A DNA stretch of 59,673 bases from Candidatus Nanosyncoccus sp. GTDB taxonomy: Bacteria; Patescibacteriota; Saccharimonadia; Saccharimonadales; Saccharimonadaceae. Location of the stretch: contig JAZQBP010000008.1 in assembly GCA_045545815.1 (NCBI GenBank), positions 1-59,673 on the forward strand. The letters run 5' to 3'. Both the position numbers and the translations under genes were made by a program. The notes below the pieces were generated by a model. It was not told the origin of the DNA and made no database searches. It saw only the letters and a program-made list of their open reading frames with translations. Numbering within the stretch: position 1 is the stretch's first letter; each line of letters starts with the position of its first letter. Positions 54,464-59,673 of this stretch are shown here, in pieces.

Positions 54464-56203
54464 CTAGACACCAGCGACGCAACGCGCCACCCCCCCGCTG
54501 TACTTGTTGTAGCTGTTTGAGCCTGGGTAGACGTAGCTACTGCTGAAGTACAAGTTGTAGGCGTAGTTACTATTGTACCCAGAAGCGGACCAATAGTACC
54601 CGTAGGAATTACGGATGCTGACCGACGAGTCATGCACGAGCCCGGAATAGACAAAGTTATTTGGATATGAGCGCCATCTATTAGATGCTTCTGCGGTGCC
54701 TTGGTACGCCCCTGTACCACCCATAGCAACATCTAGAACACCAAATTCTGCTGAGGCACTGCCTCCATTTGGTAAGTGCCAGCCTGCAGGGCAGATATCT
54801 CCTGGAGCTATGTATCCACTACCATAAGAAGAGCCGTCTTTACCGTGTCCTGCTGTGGCTGAGTACCAGTTGTAGTAGTTGCCGTAGGAATATACGTTAC
54901 TAGAGGCACTGTAGCTTGATGCGGTGTTATTTGTGAAAAGAGTGGTATTATTAGTAGCTAGCATGGATTGGTCGTCACAGTTAGATGAGTTTGTCATACA
55001 CCAAGCTGTAGCAGCTGGGTCTGTGGTAGCGGAGAGGTGATTAGAAGTAGGCTTGGTGTCACTATCATTATCTGAACTATACCACCATGAGTTGGTGAGA
55101 GGAAGAGATGGGTTGTGAGTGTTAGTAGATGAGAGATCAGTACCATCATCAAGTCTGAGATTCTCAATCATCCAGCATTTGTTATCGGCGAGTTTAGCTA
55201 CAGCATAAGTATCATTATCACGATTATCAGTTAGAGCTGTGACATCACCTGTGCTCATACTAGAACAACCATCCCAGTTCTGCAGGGTGCCTTCAGATTT
55301 AATCCACATAGCATAGAGTGGTAGACCTTTGGACATGTCGGATGGTGTGGTGATAGTTTGATTAGGCCCATAAATCTCACCAGAGTAATCGTATTCAGTA
55401 TTCCAGCCAGCAAAGCCATAGCCTACACGTTTGAAGTTAGGAGCGTAGAGAGTAGGAGTGGAACCGCCTGATGAGGATTGTTTCCCCATCTGACCTTGTA
55501 CATTAGTAGCATTGGCGTTGTAGCAGATTTTGTTTGCCTCACACGGTACTGGTTGAGCTGGAGTACTACTAGCAGGGTTAACTAATGTATACTTTACTTT
55601 ACCTTCATAAGTATCAGGAGCTTCAGAGCCTGAGACAAAGCTAGCGTATGTAGTAGTGATAGTTGAGCCGGTAGCTTGGTCTCCAGAATCAGTAGGACCA
55701 GTGAAGTGTGCTACTTTAGTATATTCACTTGGTACTGCACTATAGTTATTAAAGCCATTATCTGCTATTGGTGTAAATGATGAACCAGAAGGAGTAATCT
55801 TCATAGCCCAGTTACTTATGTCTCCTGACTTAGCTGTACCAGTAGCTATAGTGCCTGATGTTGTTTTACCTACTAGTTTAGTACTATTGGTATCTCCTAT
55901 CCTATTGCCAGTATATCCTACTGCATAGATAGAGAACCCTCCTGCATCATTACATACTACCTTGAAAGTAGTTTGTCCTATCTCGTCTTTATATTGATTT
56001 GGTGATACTGTGGCGGTATGAGCAGAATCTAGAGAAGAAGTCATAGTACAGGCGGAGGCTACGGTGACTGAGGCAGTAGCGGAGTTAGTAGTGCTAGGCT
56101 CATCAGCTGAGACTGTAGATGATGATAAGGCCACACCAGAAAGCACAGTTATGCTAACTAGGCTTAGTGCTACTGTGGTTGTCTTATATTTTGTTTTACT
56201 CAT
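54464..56203 (-). CDS. Secreted InlB-repeat/FISUMP-domain protein
   Basis: Signal peptide, GYGFAGWN, CWMIENLRL, YYNWYSATAG, CPAGWHLP, terminal RC. Confidence 0.88.
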   Translation of the reverse strand: MSKTKYKTTTVALSLVSITVLSGVALSSSTVSADEPSTTNSATASVTVASACTMTSSLDSAHTATVSPNQYKDEIGQTTFKVVCNDAGGFSIYAVGYTGNRIGDTNSTKLVGKTTSGTIATGTAKSGDISNWAMKITPSGSSFTPIADNGFNNYSAVPSEYTKVAHFTGPTDSGDQATGSTITTTYASFVSGSEAPDTYEGKVKYTLVNPASSTPAQPVPCEANKICYNANATNVQGQMGKQSSSGGSTPTLYAPNFKRVGYGFAGWNTEYDYSGEIYGPNQTITTPSDMSKGLPLYAMWIKSEGTLQNWDGCSSMSTGDVTALTDNRDNDTYAVAKLADNKCWMIENLRLDDGTDLSSTNTHNPSLPLTNSWWYSSDNDSDTKPTSNHLSATTDPAATAWCMTNSSNCDDQSMLATNNTTLFTNNTASSYSASSNVYSYGNYYNWYSATAGHGKDGSSYGSGYIAPGDICPAGWHLPNGGSASAEFGVLDVAMGGTGAYQGTAEASNRWRSYPNNFVYSGLVHDSSVSIRNSYGYYWSASGYNSNYAYNLYFSSSYVYPGSNSYNKYSGGVARCVAGV

Positions 56204-56268
56204 TTATTCCTTTCATCAGTTTCTTTCCTTTCTTCTTTCTGTCGACAGCATACCCTCATCTTTTTCTC

Positions 56269-58017
56269 CTAGACGCCAGAAATGCAACGGACCGTCTTTC
56301 CGTATCCTTTACCTTCGTGGGTCTTCGTGCCTGGGTAAACCATAATACTGCGGAAGTTCAGATTGTAAGCCTCACCGGTACTGCTTGCCGAAGACGACCA
56401 ATAGTGTCCGTGTGAGCTTCGAGTGGCAACTACAGAGCCATTCACATTCCCAGAGTAAACAAAGTTGTTAGGATATGAACGCCATAAACTAGACATAGTG
56501 GTTCCAGTAGGAGTAGTGCTGGAATCTGAACTTGCTCCAGTACCTCCTAAGGCAATATCTAGTACCCCAAAGTCACCAGCGGCATTTTTGCCGGTTGGTA
56601 GATGCCAACCTGCAGGACAGATGTCACCAGAAGCAACGTAGCCTGATCCGTTTTCATATTTACCATGTCCTGCTGTAGCTGAATACCAGTTGTAGTAATT
56701 ACCATAGGAGTAGACATTATCCCCTGTACTGTAGCTAGCAGACGTATTACTGGTAAAGAGTGTCGTATTATTAGTGGCTAGCATAGATTGGTCATCACAA
56801 TTAGATGAGTATGTCTTGCACCAAGCTGTAACTGTTGGGTCTGTAGTGACGGAGAGGTGATTAGAAGTAGGCTTGGTATCACTATCATTATCTGAGCTGT
56901 ACCACCATGAGTTAGTGAGTGGAAGAGATGGATTATGGGTGTTAGCAGAAGAGAGTTCTGGGGTATTATCTAGCCTGAGGTTTTCTATAGTCCAACATTT
57001 ACCGTCTGCTAGTTTAGCTACGGCATAGGTATTACCATCTCGTTCGTCAGTGAGGGCGGTAGTAGCTCCCTGCGCTAGACTGGAGCATCCATCCCAGTTC
57101 TGTATGGTGCCGGCTGATTTGATCCATACGGCATAGAGAGATAAGCCGTTTGTTTCTACGTCAGCAGGAGCAGTGATAGTTTGGTTAGGGCCATAGTTAG
57201 TACTGGAATAGTCATATGCTGTGTTCCAGCCGGCAAAGCCATAGCCGGTTCGCTTGAAATTACTTGCCCATAGATCTACGGATGCACTATTGCTTGCTGA
57301 TTGGTCTCCCATAGTACCTACAGCGGAGCTATTGTTTGGATGATAGACTATCTTGCCTGGTTTAGCGGGTTGAGGCTGCAATGGTTCTTCACTTGCTGGA
57401 TGAACTAGAGTATAGATCACTTGTCCTTGGTAACTATCTGCTGGTTGAGTCTTGGCTATGTAAGCTGCATAAGTAGAAGTAAGAGTAGCTCCTTCTGCAG
57501 ATGTGCCTAAATCTGTGCCTGAGTCACGGTGGGCTACTTTTGTGTAGGAAGATGGTACTGATGAATAGGAACCAAAGCCATTATCTAGTGTAAGAGCATA
57601 TGTAGCAGAAGAGTTAGTCTCTAGTTTCATGGCCCAGTTAGATACATCAGGACTTCCTGCAGTTGTAGCTGTTCCTGTTACTATCTCACTACTAGTACTA
57701 TTGCCTATTAGTTTATTATTTCCTAATGTATCTCCTGTATAGCCATTAGCATAGATAGCAAAGCCATTAGTATCATTACAGAAGGCTTTAAGTGTGGTAG
57801 TACCTATATCTGCTTGGTAGGTACCATTCACTATATTTGCTGTATGAGAGTTCATGCCAGTACCTTCTAAAGAACAAGATACAGGAACTGAGATATTGAC
57901 CTCATCTACTACAGATTCATCTTCTGCTGAAGTTGTACTAGATATTAAAAAGCTCCCAGAAAATAGCGTCAGAGCTAGTAGGCTGAGAGTGGTTCTTATG
58001 AGATATTTAGTTGTCAT
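56269..58017 (-). CDS. Secreted InlB-repeat/FISUMP-domain protein
   Basis: Same architecture as 54464-56203. Confidence 0.88.
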   Translation of the reverse strand: MTTKYLIRTTLSLLALTLFSGSFLISSTTSAEDESVVDEVNISVPVSCSLEGTGMNSHTANIVNGTYQADIGTTTLKAFCNDTNGFAIYANGYTGDTLGNNKLIGNSTSSEIVTGTATTAGSPDVSNWAMKLETNSSATYALTLDNGFGSYSSVPSSYTKVAHRDSGTDLGTSAEGATLTSTYAAYIAKTQPADSYQGQVIYTLVHPASEEPLQPQPAKPGKIVYHPNNSSAVGTMGDQSASNSASVDLWASNFKRTGYGFAGWNTAYDYSSTNYGPNQTITAPADVETNGLSLYAVWIKSAGTIQNWDGCSSLAQGATTALTDERDGNTYAVAKLADGKCWTIENLRLDNTPELSSANTHNPSLPLTNSWWYSSDNDSDTKPTSNHLSVTTDPTVTAWCKTYSSNCDDQSMLATNNTTLFTSNTSASYSTGDNVYSYGNYYNWYSATAGHGKYENGSGYVASGDICPAGWHLPTGKNAAGDFGVLDIALGGTGASSDSSTTPTGTTMSSLWRSYPNNFVYSGNVNGSVVATRSSHGHYWSSSASSTGEAYNLNFRSIMVYPGTKTHEGKGYGKTVRCISGV

Positions 58018-58242
58018 TTTTGAGTGTTATCCTTCTGCTACTATGTTTATGTTTATTATAACATGCAATCCATAAACATAAGAAAAATCGGGAAAAACTG
58101 AGGATTGTGGTTGACAGATGAGTTGATAGCCAATGTGTTTGGAATAGGTAATATCTAATCTAAAGGTAGGACTCCGTAGTTTGGTGTCTACTAAATGGGG
58201 TATACTCCATGGGTTCGTGTCCACTTTATGGGAAGTAATTCG

Positions 58243-59673
58243 CTAGGAGCCAGCGACGCAACGGACTACACTACCGTAAGACTTAACGCCGTCGTATATG
58301 GATGTACCTGGATGGATAGCAGAATCATAGCCATCGCTAAAGAAATACATACTATATGCATTAAATATATTACTTGCCGAAGAGGACCAGTAATCACCAC
58401 GTAAACCACGATTGACTACTGACGAGCCATTCGTTATACGACCAGAATATACAAAATTATTAGGATAAGATTTAAGTGCATTGGAGATTGGAGTAGCTTC
58501 TGTTTCATTGTAATATGGTTGCGAGGAGCTATCATAGTTAGCTGGCTTCGTTCCTCCATTTAATCCTGTAACAATTAGTTGCCAGAATTCATCAGTAGAT
58601 TCTTGAGATTTATTACCACCTCTTGGTAAGTGCCAGCCAGCAGGACAAATATCACCCGCGGCAATGTAGCCTGCACCATTTTCGTATTTACCACGACCAG
58701 CTGTAGCAGAGAACCAGTTGTAGTAATTTCCATAGTTGTAAATATTACTATCTTGGTCGCCAGACGTATTGGAAGTGAAATCGGCAATATTGTTGGTAGT
58801 AAGCATAGATTGATCATAACAGTCAGCAGAGAAAGTATTGCACCAGGCGGTGATGGTTGGGTCGGTCGGTGCAGAAAGGTGATTAGATGTAGAGAGGGTG
58901 CCTTGTTGATTCGCATAGTACCAAGAATTATTAAGTGGAAGAGATGGGTTATGGGTGTTGGTGGATGAAAGTTCTGCTGAATCATCTAACCTGAGGTTTT
59001 CTATTGTCCAGCATTTGCTGTCTACGAGCTTGGCTACCGCATAGACATTGTTATCTCTCGTGTCTTTTAGCGCAGTTACATCTCCTACATTCATACTAGA
59101 ACAACCAGACCAGTTTTGGAGGTTACCAGCACTTGCTACCCAATTAGCATAGAGTTTTAGCCCACCAGTACTGTATTGTCCAGCAGTGAATTCTATTGTT
59201 TGTTGTGGGCCATAGTTAGTTCCAGTACCATCTTTCTTGGTATTCCAGGCAGCAAAGCCATAGCCATCATGTTTGTAGTTAGGGGCATAGAGCATAGCAG
59301 ACGTATCGCTACTAGATATTGTCTGGTTTCCCATACTACCAGTCACACCGCTAGGATTGGTGATGTTAGCTGAGTAGCAGATGTTGCCACCAGGACAATC
59401 TGTCCACATAGCATAGAGAGTGATAGTATTTCCGGCTGAGGTAAGGTCAGTAACGGATTGCTGGTTGGTGTAGCTTGTTCCAGAGCCATCTTGAGCAGTA
59501 TTCCAACCAGCAAAGTAATACTGTGTACCGCTAATAGTGGGAGCTGTAAAGCCGTTAGAAGTAAGAGCTGTAGAAACACCCTCAAAGATAGACTGATTAC
59601 TCATAGTACCAGTTCCAGTGATTAGATTACCTTCAAAGTAGCTAGAAGGATCAAAGTGCACTGTGTATTTAGT
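58243..59673 (-). CDS. InlB-repeat/FISUMP-domain protein, 5' end beyond window
   Basis: Frame open to window edge; two InlB-like repeats and FISUMP domain. Confidence 0.85.
   Translation of the reverse strand, partial: TKYTVHFDPSSYFEGNLITGTGTMSNQSIFEGVSTALTSNGFTAPTISGTQYYFAGWNTAQDGSGTSYTNQQSVTDLTSAGNTITLYAMWTDCPGGNICYSANITNPSGVTGSMGNQTISSSDTSAMLYAPNYKHDGYGFAAWNTKKDGTGTNYGPQQTIEFTAGQYSTGGLKLYANWVASAGNLQNWSGCSSMNVGDVTALKDTRDNNVYAVAKLVDSKCWTIENLRLDDSAELSSTNTHNPSLPLNNSWYYANQQGTLSTSNHLSAPTDPTITAWCNTFSADCYDQSMLTTNNIADFTSNTSGDQDSNIYNYGNYYNWFSATAGRGKYENGAGYIAAGDICPAGWHLPRGGNKSQESTDEFWQLIVTGLNGGTKPANYDSSSQPYYNETEATPISNALKSYPNNFVYSGRITNGSSVVNRGLRGDYWSSSASNIFNAYSMYFFSDGYDSAIHPGTSIYDGVKSYGSVVRCVAGS

Noticed and set aside
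1-59673. CRISPR array, rRNA, IS transposase, reverse transcriptase, serine invertase, CI-type repressor
   Set aside because: None recognisable by eye; a divergent repressor among the small phage ORFs cannot be excluded without HMM searches

Overview
Bacterial chromosome segment, most likely from a Saccharibacteria/TM7-type CPR host (inference from FISUMP/InlB-repeat surface-protein paralogues, minimal housekeeping genes and many leaderless TGnTATAAT genes). Its centre is an apparently complete ~33.5 kb siphovirus-like prophage (att core TAGAGCGCTT at 14560-14569 and 48012-48021). The prophage splits a tRNA-Ala(GGC) gene and carries its own complete replacement tRNA-Ala(GGC). I see no CI-type repressor. 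Instead, a promoter-driven small RNA at 46189-46256 is complementary in two blocks (15+9 nt) to a hairpin in the early leader at 14787-14819, a candidate P1 C4/P4 CI-like RNA immunity switch. A diverged second copy of this RNA plus its neighbouring membrane-protein gene lies just outside attR as a relic of an earlier related prophage. The prophage also has a nested invertible tail-fibre cassette set, three covarying promoter-terminator leaders in front of its late units, a Bsp6I-like R-M operon extended by a second nuclease and an AlkA glycosylase, a RecQ-like moron and a MuF-metallopeptidase fusion. The flanks carry three more tRNAs, one atypical tRNA-like gene, an ADP-ribose-processing islet, a cluster of unexplained structured RNAs, thyA-folA-glyA and FISUMP genes with DGR-like variable ends. 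All calls come from reading the sequence; no database searches were run.
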